The position numbers and the translations under genes were made by a program. Source: Catajapyx aquilonaris (Eukaryota). Taken from it: 64,000 nt of DNA. This document shows positions 1-12,690 of the stretch, one piece after another (positions within the stretch are counted from its first letter, which is position 1; each line of letters begins with the position of its first letter). Under the pieces are notes generated by a model. The model was given only the letters and a program-made list of their open reading frames with translations, ran no database searches and was not told the origin of the DNA. The stretch is from the NCBI GenBank assembly GCA_000934665.2, contig KZ538154.1, positions 1-64,000 of the forward strand. Direction: 5' to 3'.

Positions 1-878
1 GGGGGAGGATAAAGGGGGTCGGCTGTTAAACTCAGAGAAAGGTCGCCGGTTCGTTCCCATGAGACCTTGGTTCGGATGATGCTCTGGCTTTTTGAAAGGG
101 TCGTTGGTTCTGCATAAAAGACGATTTGGAAGCTCAATCATCCGCTTTTTAGCGAGATAGTAGTAGCCAAATGTGCACGAACACGTTGGTACACCTTGTA
201 CTGTATAATGATAATAAATGAGCGACGGGGCCCACCGGGTTGGTTTAGCGCATATGAATAATTATATGGAAACTGACTTGCAGTTTTCTTTGCCCTTAAT
301 GAGATCAGCAGTAAAGTAAACAAATGACTCACTGGTGTGCGATGAGCGCAACGAGTTAGTTGAATTAGTGCCGTCTGCTATGAGAATGTGGCTACCTGCT
401 CTACATCAGTTGTAATAAATTCATTTTTGCGCAGTACAAAATAATTTCCTGCGACAGATATAGAGTTTGGTACGGTACACAGACTAACAAAGGGTTGCAT
501 TGTGTGGGGGACGCGTTTTGGCGATAAGGTTATCAGGTGAGCAGGCATGGGGAGGGGTGGAAAATTAATCCATGTAAACGGGAGAGTCATCATCGGCCGT
601 GGCACCCTGTAATTTCCCCCCTTACCGTTCTCATTATCGTCAGCCTGGGCAGGATTTGCGAACTTTCATCCTTTGTGTGCCCCCAAGGTCTTCGGCAGGT
701 AGACAAGCATGGCCTTGGGGGCAGAAATTTGGCGCGATTGGAAGCTGACATCTCAGCTGTCTCCTTGTGGCTAAGATGTTGGAAAAATATATATATACAT
801 AAAGTTAGTACATATTTATAATAAATAAAAAAATGGCATTGAAGCGAAATATTAATTTTTATCTTTCTTGATTTCCAG

Positions 879-3800
879 CAAAGGGCACCCTGAGCGAGGA
901 CACGATTCGGCTCTTCCTGCGTCAACTGGGTAAGTGTCACCTTATGTTATGTATGTATGTGGAGCAGGTAAAAAAATGCGTCCTAGCTACGGGCAAAAAT
1001 AGAGCTAGGGACTATGCTAGCTGATGCAATAATACCCTGGCCAATTGAGTTCGAGAGGGTTCGGTAGACGGTTGGTGCGCATCTGTTAGCTTGGGGGTAA
1101 GTACATGGTGAATTTGGTGACAAACTAGACATGACAACAAGGGCGAGGAGGACGCGATTGGTCACTTGAAATAGACGGGGGCGATCTATTGTGTCAAGGG
1201 GTTGGACTTGATAAATCTGATGTTAGTGCGAACACTCGTCCTTCTGGGAGGTCAGATTCGGACGGATGCTGAGCTTCCAGAATAAGTTCATTGGGCAAGA
1301 TCATTCAGTGACAACGACCTCTGGCCCCTGCAGATACTTAGGGGGAAGTCCAGGGGGGGAGTTCAAGAGACTTGGCATCGGAGACCGGCAGTCTGAGCCG
1401 GTTTGCTATAAGAATGCTGACGTCCCAAGACCACTAAATTAATAATGTGAAATAATAAGGGCTGTTTGTGATTCTGGAGGCTTCATGTCTGAAACTCCGT
1501 TACGTTTTTGACAATGCGGTGGGATCAGCACACGCATACCCCTGTCATTTTTGTGCAGTGGGCCATCAACGTGACCATCTGCAAAATGGACGTTGAATAG
1601 CAGATGCGAATAACGGGACAATACCAACGTGACGTGAAAAAAGGGTACATAGTGTATGCTGCACTGTAAGCACTAAATGTTGAAAGGAACAGAAAAAAAA
1701 ACTGTGGCCGTCGACCTTGAGATCAGCTGGACTTCACGTGGAGCAGCCTCCACACACACACCACATACACACTGTTTATTTATGCCGTGCCTGGGGAAGC
1801 TTGCCAACTTTACATGTGTAACGCGAGACATCACTTCCTTGAGATTTGCATATCTTCGCTGGGCTGGAGCTGTTGCAAGCCGATGAACCGGGCAATATTT
1901 TGGACGGAATTGTAAAACGGATGCTGACGTAATTTGTGCTAATTAAAGACTAGTTGCCAGTTGATTTCGCGTATTTTTAGCATTTTTTTGCGTGCATGGT
2001 TTACGTCGTGTTGCGCTTGTGAAATTTCGGCTTTCCACACCCCAGATTTGGGCGGCATGTAAACGCAGAATGATTTTGACATTTTGTGCACTTTCGTCCC
2101 AGATTTAGCATGGGAAAGCTTGTCTTGGATGGAGAAAAAAAAAGTGCTAGTTTTTTTTTAAAGCTAAAAAAAAAAAAATTATATCCGGAAACGCGCATGC
2201 TGCATGATGTGCTCGTCGAGGCGTTCCCTTGAATTTCAAGGGTATAGCCATGGGTGGGCGTATATGTGGGAAAGAAATGTGGTTTAACACCGAGTGACTG
2301 GTCGATCAGGGTATATATTCTGGAAGCGAAAAGCCCATTTTCCTTTGAAATGCACGGGGAAACTGGGCGGCAGTCGTGCATCAAAAGTGACAGCGAATTT
2401 ATCCTGTTTTGATGCGATTGCTCAAGACGTTTTCTCCAGTTGCTCAGTCACCTTGGCGTATATTATAAACCTGTGCTATGGTTGGGTGTGGGTGCTGGGT
2501 GAGATCACGACCGCTCTATTTATAATTATGGCGGTAGTTGTCATCCGCCACATGGATTTGGCGGATTGCCATTGATGTGGGCAACAATGGCAAATCTGTA
2601 GTTTGAAACTACTACCGCCAGAACGGGTTATTGCAGCTGCTGCAAGGAGACACCGTGAAAAGGAGGTCTATTTGTGGGGGTCCTTTTGGAAAGTTTGAGA
2701 TATGTCAGTTGGATGCTTCTTTGTGGACTGCACATCTGGTGGGGCGTATTTCGTTTTCAATATTGTTATTATGAGCAGTCAGGGATGAGAGCGTTGAACC
2801 CAAGCGAATTCTGAGCAGTTTCCAGGTGTAATAAGAAAGTGTATTGAAATCAGCTGTTGTTATGAGTTTTTATGATGAATGTTGTATTTCAGCTGGGGCA
2901 ATGAAGGCTCTGTATGGCAAGGGCATCGTGCATAGGGATCTGAAGCCGCAGAACATCCTTCTGAGCCACGCTGGGAAGCCCAATCCAAAGCCGCACGAGA
3001 TCAAGCTCAAAATAGGTGAGTTTGCGACCAGACAGCCCATAATTTCAACATATGCAAAGGTTAGGGTAGGTTTATATGGGATGCAGAGTTGTGCATGAGA
3101 GCAGTGACGCGAAATTTGAAGCCACGGAGTGTGGGCATTGCGGCAACCCTTGCTTTTAGATGCATTATTTTCGCAGCCTGCACATTATTCGCGCAATTTT
3201 GGGTGGAACCACGGTTGGGTCATTTGTGGAGGTGTCACCCTCCAGGTTGACGACCGACCGGACGACGCAGAGAATATTTTGGGTCCTCATCCTCCGTGAC
3301 ATCAATCTCACTAATGGGGATGCTCCGGTGCCCAATTTGATTCCGACTAAAAGGAAAAGGGACAAATGGTCAACAATGCCGACGAGGCGTGTCGAGGATG
3401 AAGCTCATTGACCGGGGGGAGCCCAGTGGCGAAAGAGCCCGTTAGTCTTGAGAAAACGAGGACACGCCCTGTTCCGCTTCCTTTTTGCACATCTATTTCG
3501 CGAGAAGGGCCCCTAAGGGGGACCAGAAGGAAGAAGCCCCATTCAAGGTGCAGCTGTTCCAACTCTACTTGGGGAAGAATATTATGGGACTCTTGAGGAA
3601 GTGGGACGGAATTTTGGGCAACAAGAATCAGTCTGCTAAGTCGATCTGGATTGGGTTTGGGCATTTGGCAAACAAAGTGTTTGGGAGGGATCAAAGTAGG
3701 TGGCACACTTCTGCCATGTGCTAGGTGCAAAACATGGCATGACCTTCGACATGCAGGGTAGTGCCAATATATATTGGAAAACAAAGCACCTTGGTTGCAA

Positions 3801-6800
3801 GCATGATGCATACAATGTTCAACCACAAACCATAACGAGGTTCTGTAATGTGACTCAGGTTGGCTGCGGAATAATCACTAGCGAGTGCTTCCTGAGTTAT
3901 GATTTCATTCAACTCTGCTGCAATTATGCTGTCTGTATCCGTTAGATGCGCCTTGGTGGCTGCGGTTAGAATCAGGTGATGGGGAGGAGACTGGTTTTCC
4001 AGCAGGGTGGAATGGGGAAAGGAAAGGTCTGCCCTGTCGCGCACATCAGTGACCTGCATGTGATTAATCTCATGGCCCACTTTTCTTTTTTACAGCGGAT
4101 TTTGGATTTGCCAGATTTCTGCAAGATGGCGTGATGGCAGCCACACTGTGTGGTTCACCAATGTACATGGTTAGCATCATCCCAGTACACTTTCCCTGGC
4201 CATATCAAAATTTGGTAAATCATATATTAATGTGATGCAAAATTACAGGCCCCGGAGGTGATCATGTCTCTCCAGTATGACGCCAAAGCAGACTTGTGGA
4301 GCTTGGGTACCATAGTCTTCCAGTGCCTGACTGGAAAGGCTCCCTTCCAAGCCCACACCCCACAAGCTTTGAAGCAGTACTATGAAAGGAATGCCAACTT
4401 GGCCCCTGAGTATGTTGCCCCACAATGCATCTATTGGCGACAATTTTGTATCTTTTATTCAGTGAAGTAATACCAACGTGTCCTTTTAAGGATCCCGCCA
4501 GGCACATCAAGTGAGCTGGCCAACCTGCTGCTGAGTCTACTGAAGCGCAATTCTAAGGACCGCATGGAGTTTGATGCCTTCTTCAACCATCCTTTCCTCA
4601 AAAATGTGCCCAAGCTAAGCTCACCTATGGCAGTGCCATCCCCCAGGCAGAGGTCATGTGAGCCCTCCCCAGGACACACTCCTGTCGCCCCTGAGGCATT
4701 CTCACCTGTGGGTGGAGGTGGGGCCAACATGGCAGCTCCTTCTAGCCCCTTGGCAGGTAGGCAAAATAAAATTTCGACCTGTTACAACATTGTATATACA
4801 AAATCGATTTTTTGGGGAAGGAGGGGTCTTTTGAACCCTCCTACGTGAATTATTGATTACTCCTGGAATACCCTGCAGAGGGCAACGAATCTGAGGATCC
4901 CATTATTTGGGTTTCATCCACAGGTCATTTGCCCCCATCCCCTGGTGGTCTGTACACAGAAGCTATGAAGTCAGTGGAGGAGCAGTCCAGGACTGAGACT
5001 CCATCCACACCGACAGAGAGATACAGTGTTCCTGGATCTCCCTCCTCACCCAAGGCCTTAGGGCCGTCCTCTAGTCCGGAGGAGCATGACGACTTTGTGC
5101 TCGTCCCATCCAACATTCCTTCTGACCACTCCTGTGATAGTGCTGGATCAGGTCACCACCGGGGGAGGGATCTCTATGAGTAAGTACCACATATTTGATG
5201 TGTCTGGTACTGGTTGCTGGTTGACATTGAGAAAGAACTTGCGGAAAAAACATGGATATAATGAGAGCATTGAACTGAACTTTTTTGGGATTGTAATCAG
5301 AATGGAAAAGGGGGAGATAATTCACATTGGTATATCGAGATTAGAATATTACTGACCCTTCCTAATGCTCTTTGAAGGAACTAAGCATGCAAATCAGTTT
5401 CATCCTACCACTGCATGCATCTTCTCATTGGTATAGTGGTTCTCACATGTACTTTTTTCCACTTCAGCAGGGGATACCGGGGTGTTCAAGCTCGCTCTCC
5501 TGTGACTCTTCATCACGGAGGTGGTGCAGCCTACCACAAGCAGCAGCCTCCGGCTCTGGCCAGTCCCCCAAGGCCAAGCTTTCTTCCCATCACTGCCCAG
5601 GGAGAGCCCCTTGTGGCCAACAAGCAACACCACCACCACCAACCACAAGTGTCATCTCAGTCGTCAAATGCAAACTCATCCTCCATGGCTTCAGAACCCA
5701 TCCCAGTTCCCACACAGAAGGAAGCCTACCAGCACATAATGAGCAGTCTGCTTGGCAACAGTGGGAGGGGAAGCCGAGGAGGGAACAACAATAATGTTGG
5801 AGCCTCCTCATCTAGCCCAAGGGGAGGGTCCAGCTCCAGGAGCTCCAGTCCTGCTGTGGTGGTGGTGGCCAATGGGAAGCAATTTGAGCAGCCTATGCCA
5901 ATCAGCCCATCATCCAGCCCCAAATCGCCTCCTAAGGGGACCATACCCAGATCTCAACCAATTAGCATGAAAAGAACTGCCTCCTCAGAAATGTGCAAGG
6001 TGGCTGCCGATATCCGGTCCTTGTCACCACCTGCGGTTAGTAGCCCCACTTTTTTGTTTTAACTGCACAGTTGCCATTGACCTTAAATTACTTGGAATTT
6101 GATGTCATGTTTCTGCTGCATTGCATCATGCATATTTTCTCCACCCTTTGTTTACTTTTGATGGCAATACTGAAACTTTCTTGTGTGCAAATAACAAAGT
6201 ACAAGAGATGTGATAAGTTCTTATCGAAAGACAAATAATTTTTGTTTTTGGGCCTTTAGGTGCAGTTCTCAATGGGAAATTCCCCTAGTGGGGGTCGTAG
6301 GAGGACGGCCTCTGGAAGCTCATGTGGGACCCCGCCGCCAATTACCACCTGGCAGGTGTCCCCATCCACTGCCTTCTTCCCTGGGAGACAGACCCCAACC
6401 AGTTCGCCACTTAGGCGATCCGGACGTAAGTGTGACAAGTGTGATGGTGACTTTTGATGCAGTAAAAATGATTGAATGGATATGAGAACTTTCATCCTTG
6501 GCTGTAGTAATTTGTCAGATATCCTGGTTCATTCAATTCTGACATACTTTCTTTGCATCTCTTCTGGAACAGGGATGACCCCACCACACCTGGGTGCACC
6601 TTTCTTTACTGGTGCCCAGACGACACTGCCACCGATACTAGGCTCACCTGTCAAGATTCCCACCTCCCTAATGGAGTACGACAACACTGGTGTCCAGACC
6701 AGTGACAAGTGTGGCAACCCAACCAATGTGCAGCCGCCTATGATACCCTTTGGAGGGCGTGCCATGACACTACCAGAAATGGCCCGTAAGTTGAATGTTG

Positions 6801-8833
6801 TTTTCTGTGTAGTTGAAGTTTGTGCACGAGAGAACGTGCTGAAACAATAATTGTTGTCATTCAGTAGAATTTGGAGCTTTATTTTGTGTTTTGGCTGTCT
6901 TGCATCTTGCATTTGCCTGATTGGAGTCTTCCCCATCCCTCTTTTTTTTGTGGCCGTTTTTGGTCAGGATCCAACGTGAGTGACATGTCCATCGATTCGT
7001 TCCGTCGCTCCACAACTGATGCACAGCTGAGCGAACAGCTGCAGAACTTGAAGGCAGCCTTTGGTGCATCTGGTGTTGGGCCGTGTCCCACCAACAGACA
7101 GATTGTGCTGCACTACCATCACCCTGCGCCATATTTCTTTCCTCATTCAGGTAAAATGAAGTTTGAGTTTAAATGATCTTTATGATGGTTGGATCCAGGC
7201 CACGACATGTATGTGAATGTCATTTGTTGTAATATGCATCCAATGTTATATGGCTATGTCAGTCTGTTCAGGTAGTGTGGTCACGGTTTGAGAAAGGGAC
7301 CTCTCCGTGTATGTATCTTAAAATTTTTGGGTCATATTCAGAAATGTTGAGTAGCACAGAATAGCAACATGTTTCTGATGTGACCCATTGTTTTTTTACC
7401 AAATGTATTATTAATTTTTTTAAAGAATTGGTTGAATTCAGTTTTCATTATGTACTCTAGAAAGGGGTGATGAATTTTTTAAGATGAGTAACATAATGAC
7501 AAGACATTTGTGATTCAGGCCATGGGAGCATCCAGCGAAAGGCAAGCTTGGGAGGTACACTACCTGAATCTCCTGAGGGAATGGCCTTTGGGGTGTCCCC
7601 TCCTGGGATGGAAGGACCAATCATGTTTGTTGCTCCGGAGCTTCCAGAGGAAACACTTCTTGAGGTAAGTTTTTTTTTCTATTCCCGTAAATACTCAAAA
7701 ACTTCAAAATAATGTGTCATCTTTTTTCCTCGTGTTTATTATCCATTTGTGGTGGTCTAAAAATCAAATTATCTGATCTTGCAGAAAGAACACAATGAGA
7801 CACTCGCCAAGCTGAACTTTGTTCTGGCACTTGTTGATTGCATAGTGGAGCTAGCCAAGACACGGAACTCACCTCTGGCTGTTCTGACTGAATCAGTTAT
7901 GATGCATGGTGGGAGTGGGATAGGAACTGGTGGCAGTCAGTCATTCACAACTGAAGGGCGGAGGAGATCAGAGCAAGTCGTCCTTTACGTCAAGGCCCTT
8001 CAGCTACTTTCTTCTGCACTCAATCTAGCCAGAAATGAACTGCAGGTTGGACGTCTTCAGCCATCAGCTTCAGTCAAGAATGGTGAGTAAAAACAATGTT
8101 TGATGTGTGTTCAAGTGTAGGAAAGTGACATTTTACCATGGTTTTTGCAATATCGCACAATTTTAATTTACAGTGGTGAGTGTCCTAAACGAGCGCTTCC
8201 GTCACTGTCTGAGTATGTGCAAACAACTCAACTCAGCATCCACGGTTGCACCTGGGGCAGGAGCTGTTGGGGTTGACCCCAGTGCAGGTGCTATGAGTGC
8301 AGATCAGCTCCTATATCAACATGCCCTGGATATTGTAAGTAATTAATTACTAAAACTTGTTTAAATGTTTTTAATGCTGATAATGGGAAGAGCAAAAAAT
8401 TCAACTTATAATTATAATTTGCACATACTATTTTGAATTTATTTTGAAGTCATAATTTGATAGATTTTTCTCGACAAAATTTGAGCTGTAATGCTCTTGC
8501 TGTGGATGTTTAAAATGTGAAAAAGTGATTGGTGCTAAGCATGACATTTCCACAACAGTGCCAGTCTGCAGCCATGGATGAACTGTTTGGCAATCCTGAG
8601 GAGTGCTTCTGTCGCTACCAGACAGCCCAAATACTGCTGCACAGTTTGGCACAGCAAGTGCGTAATGAGGCGGACAAGGCCAACTTGCTCAGATGTAAGT
8701 ATTTTTTGTTTGCCGTCATCTTGAGATGAACATCTGCTGACTGATGTCTCTTCCCACAGACAAAGATGCAGTTGAGAGGCGACTATTCTGCCTGCAGCAG
8801 CAGGGATACATCTATGCCTATGACACGACCTGA
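879..8833 (+). CDS. Atg1: Autophagy-initiating Ser/Thr kinase Atg1/ULK (unc-51-like), 5' end outside the window
   Basis: Exons approx. 879-929, 2893-3015, 4096-4169, 4249-4409, 4491-4756, 4924-5179, 5468/5471-6035, 6260-6425, 6573-6785, 6968-7150, 7519-7664, 7785-8082, 8174-8334, 8559-8694, 8760-8833 (TGA). Kinase motifs [69 protein letters not shown]-rich linker, then the C-terminal ULK domain ([34 protein letters not shown]). Confidence 0.96.
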
Positions 8834-11015
8834 TAGCAACCCCCTACTCTGCCTCCCTCGGACTTCCACCTGCCGCCATCCCTATCCCCTCCTTCACCTT
8901 CAAGTAGCCAGTTTCCTTGGCGTCAGTTGGAACCAACAGGAAAGGTCCTGGTTGCAGCGACGCTGCTCCTATTTATTTATGCCACGCAGGTAGGAAGATG
9001 GACCACAAGATGAAATTGGGGTTTTACATTTCAAGATTTTTTGGGTCCATGCCCAAGGTGTGGAGGTTTACATTTATCGCAATCTGTAGGTTGGGAACAT
9101 GAATCAGGTGCAAGGCTCATAGGCAGTAATTATGTTTTAAAGCTTCAATTGTTGGAGGGGTGAAGAGCTGAGTTGCTTCCAGTATTATTACTAACCATTT
9201 ACAATCCGAGGTGGGTGCCATTATTTTTATCGCCCAACCTTCACAAAGGCAGCTCAGATGTAACAAAAAAAAAAAGGCTGCCATATGACATAGTGCCAAC
9301 ACTTATATCCCTCTTTTCTTTTTCTACTCCCCCCCNCCCCCCCCCCTGATTGTGTACATAACTGTTGCATCTGAATCCCTTTTTTTTTTGTTTTACTCTG
9401 GAGAAAATAGCTATCCAAACATAGGTGCAATGTACTTTACTCACCTAGTCTATGTAATGTGTATATAACAAAACACCAAAATTTTTCCCATTTTTTCCCC
9501 CAAGGTGTACATATGTAGAGGCCCCTTTGTACATAAGATAACGATACACGCTGGATACGTGTTTAGTACCATGCTGCATTCACATATGGGACACGTAACT
9601 CAATCCAAAGATTTACTGTCTTTCTTGCGTACACTTTACACAGACACACACAAAACACAAAATGATACTCTTTGTAAAAAACAAATTTTGTCTCAGGCAG
9701 AGTATTATCACCATTTTCATCATTATTATCATCATAATTGTGATGTACATTTTCATGGCACGGAGGACGGTTAGTGAAAATGCAGCTGGACAAAAAGGAT
9801 AAAAAAAAAGTGACATGTATTCACTCAGCCTATTCTTGTGCAAAGTCATTTCAAGTCACGCCCTAACTTTATTATTATTATTATTTTCCTAGAAATGGCT
9901 GTGTTGTATGTAATCGATTAACAATGATATATTTATTATTTTATAAAAGATTAACCTCAAGGCAATGGTTGGTTTGGAGTATGTGAAAGGTTGTGGATTT
10001 TATGTTCTGCATTTCTGTTCCCATTTTTAGTTGTTTCGTTTTAAACTATTGAGTGAGCTTGGAAGCCAGGCCAGCCAAACCGTTTCAATTCATTTTATTT
10101 TTTACTTTTACATGTCAGGTGACGTTACGTTGTGTAGTGTGACAAAAACCGCGTTAAGTTGGGCTCAAATATGCCAACAGTGAGGATGGGAAATGCAGTG
10201 CTTCTAGACCTCATAAGAAGCACTACAGCTGCTACATAAGGATATAAATAATATATATATTATATATAATGAAGAGACTTAATTGTTGAATGATAGATCC
10301 ATCATGTTGTGGGCATTAGTGATGTTGAGTTAAATGTGTTTTTTTTTTGTGGCAAGTGTGTTGGTCACTAAAGTATGTAGTGATGCATATGTTAAATTTT
10401 TTTTTTAAGTGTCGAAGTATGTGAAGGTGTTTCCCTCAGCAATGATTTATGAAGATACCTATTTTCTTGGAGGAAATGACCGGGTTTTTTTTTTGGCGAG
10501 AGGATAGTTATGCGTGATATGTACAAAGTCAAAACCGCCTTCGCAAAGATACAGTAGAAAATGATCGCGCAACATTATCTCTTTTTGTGATTTATAGTAG
10601 TATTTATGCAGAATGTGTGTAAGTGTGTTACTTTTCCTGCATAGTGGCATGAAAAACAAGAACACAAGCCTATGGACTTTCAAAATGGAAGCATGGATTC
10701 CTCAAAGTTTGATGCTTTTTATGTGATATACCTGCATCATGAGTACTCTTTTTGTAAGGAATCTAGAATAGTTGTAAGTTATTAAATTTTATTAAAAAAT
10801 AACCCCAGAAGTTCTTGTTTTATTGCTCTACACTTCATTGCTGGTGGAAGAAAACGCATATTTGTTTGGCGCATTTTTTTTCCTTTAGGGCACCGATTTT
10901 GCATAATTTTTATTTTGCGACGTTTCAACATGTACACAAAACAGATTTTTTTTTTCTTATTTTTAAATGTTTCAGCATGGGAGGGAAGGCAGGAAAGGCA
11001 CTAGGAAAGCCAAAG

Positions 11016-11804
11016 TTACCTCTTCTGATCTCCCAAGTCTTCAATTAGATCTTCGTCAATCTGCAGGATGAGAGGAGTATGGTTACAACACTGGAATGTG
11101 TAAAATTTCAGTACACTTACGTCAACCCATTTCTCAGGTAAAATGTCAAACAGGTCATCCTTAACGTCTCCTTGGATGACAATCTCATCGTCGCCAGTAA
11201 CTGATGATCCGCATGAGAACTTTGTTGAGAAGAACTTCGAAGCTACTTTCAGGTCAATACCTGTATCAAGCATGGATAAAAACACATTCGTTACTTTCCA
11301 TAATATTATCACTTGATAATGCATGTTCCTTTCAAAAGTTCACTGACCAAAGCTGCCGAGTCCTGTTACGACGGTAACCGACTTTTTCTTTCCTCTGGGA
11401 GCTCTGGAAAGGCATATCTTCTTGGGCCCTTCCTCCTTCTTGCGGGCCTTTACTAGACCTTTCCCACCTCGCTTCTGCCTCTTCTTTTCCTCCTCATTTG
11501 CACCTCCCTCATCCTTCGCATCCTCACCTACATGAGAGCCTATTATAAGTGATAATGGCATCAAAGATATCAGTAATTACTTGTTCAAAATCATTATACT
11601 GAAATACATACCCAACTTCATCTTATGAAACTCATCTGGGACATGCTTCTCAAGCCAGGCCCTGCATTTCTCAAACTCTGGGTAGAAGGAACAGTATTCG
11701 ATGGGCATCGTGCAGTTTCCGCAATAGGTCACATGGATGGGGTAGCTCACCCCAGGCTGCGGGCCCTGGGGCAGGGCAGGGGGACTCTCTGCCACACCAC
11801 TCAT
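11016..11804 (-). CDS. DENR: Density-regulated protein (translation reinitiation factor, SUI1 domain)
   Basis: Exons 11804-11612, 11527-11348, 11260-11141, 11061-11016. [18 protein letters not shown] zinc site, [54 protein letters not shown]. Confidence 0.96.
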
Positions 11805-12129
11805 CTTGCTGATGTGACTGGCAGCTAATTGCGTGTGGACACCTAGTAAGTGACAGAATTCAGTAAGTTTGCGCAATATGGCGGCAAATATGGCTCATCT
11901 CGGTGCAGTCCTGCCATGCGGTGTATGCAATGCAACAAGTAAGGTTTCTACTCCAGACCAGTACTTCTTCAGCCTTGAAATTATGATACCCCAGCTGTAT
12001 GTAAGTCACATCTGGCACACTATGAACCTGATGCAAAGGCAAAACTGTGCTGGGTACGGTCTAGATCAGGTCTGCAGGTATTGCTTTCACTGGCCACCTG
12101 CTTAAGTACACGTTGTGCAAATGATTACT

Positions 12130-12690
12130 CGCCTGTATCTGTCCCGAAGAGCAGTTTCAGACAGCCACGCGCGGTTATTCACTTATTGCTCCGGCTCCGA
12201 AGGCAGCCATATATGAAAAAGTGACGTCATTCGCTGGAGAAGGGAGGAGAGTCGGCGGGCTGAAAACACCGTAACTAATACATTAGCTGCTAATTATGTA
12301 TCCAAACGTACAGCTACATTTCCACACTGAAGTGTAATGAGGAATTTTAAGAAAAATTCACATATGCTCATAATCAGCTAAACTCATGGTTGTCACTTAT
12401 ATATTTAGTAATTTGCAGTAACATTGCCCAGTAAGTTAATAAGAACTGCTACTAATAACTGTTTTTGGGTTATGTGTGCAACTGGTCCCGATTTGACCCA
12501 AGATGGCCGCTAAAATTCGAATGAAAATACAGATTTTAGCTTAATAATACGATCAGTTTAATCATCTACATTTTAAAGGTAATTTATCGCTTATATTTAC
12601 GTACTAAGCTGATGTCTTGAGGGTGGCCAATCAGGTTAGAGTTTGTGAAGAAGGGGCGAAGGGAACATGTGGGATTTTGAACGGCGATGA
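12130..12690. promoter_or_regulatory. Probable bidirectional promoter between DENR and the Nudix gene
   Basis: Head-to-head genes. CRE palindrome TGACGTCA at 12222-12229, YY1-like CAAGATGGCCGC near 12499-12510, CCAAT box near 12627. Confidence 0.5.

Noticed and set aside
3160..3826. ORFs in an Atg1 intron as an alternative exon or nested gene
   Set aside because: The phase-compatible frame stops early and no motif is recognisable.
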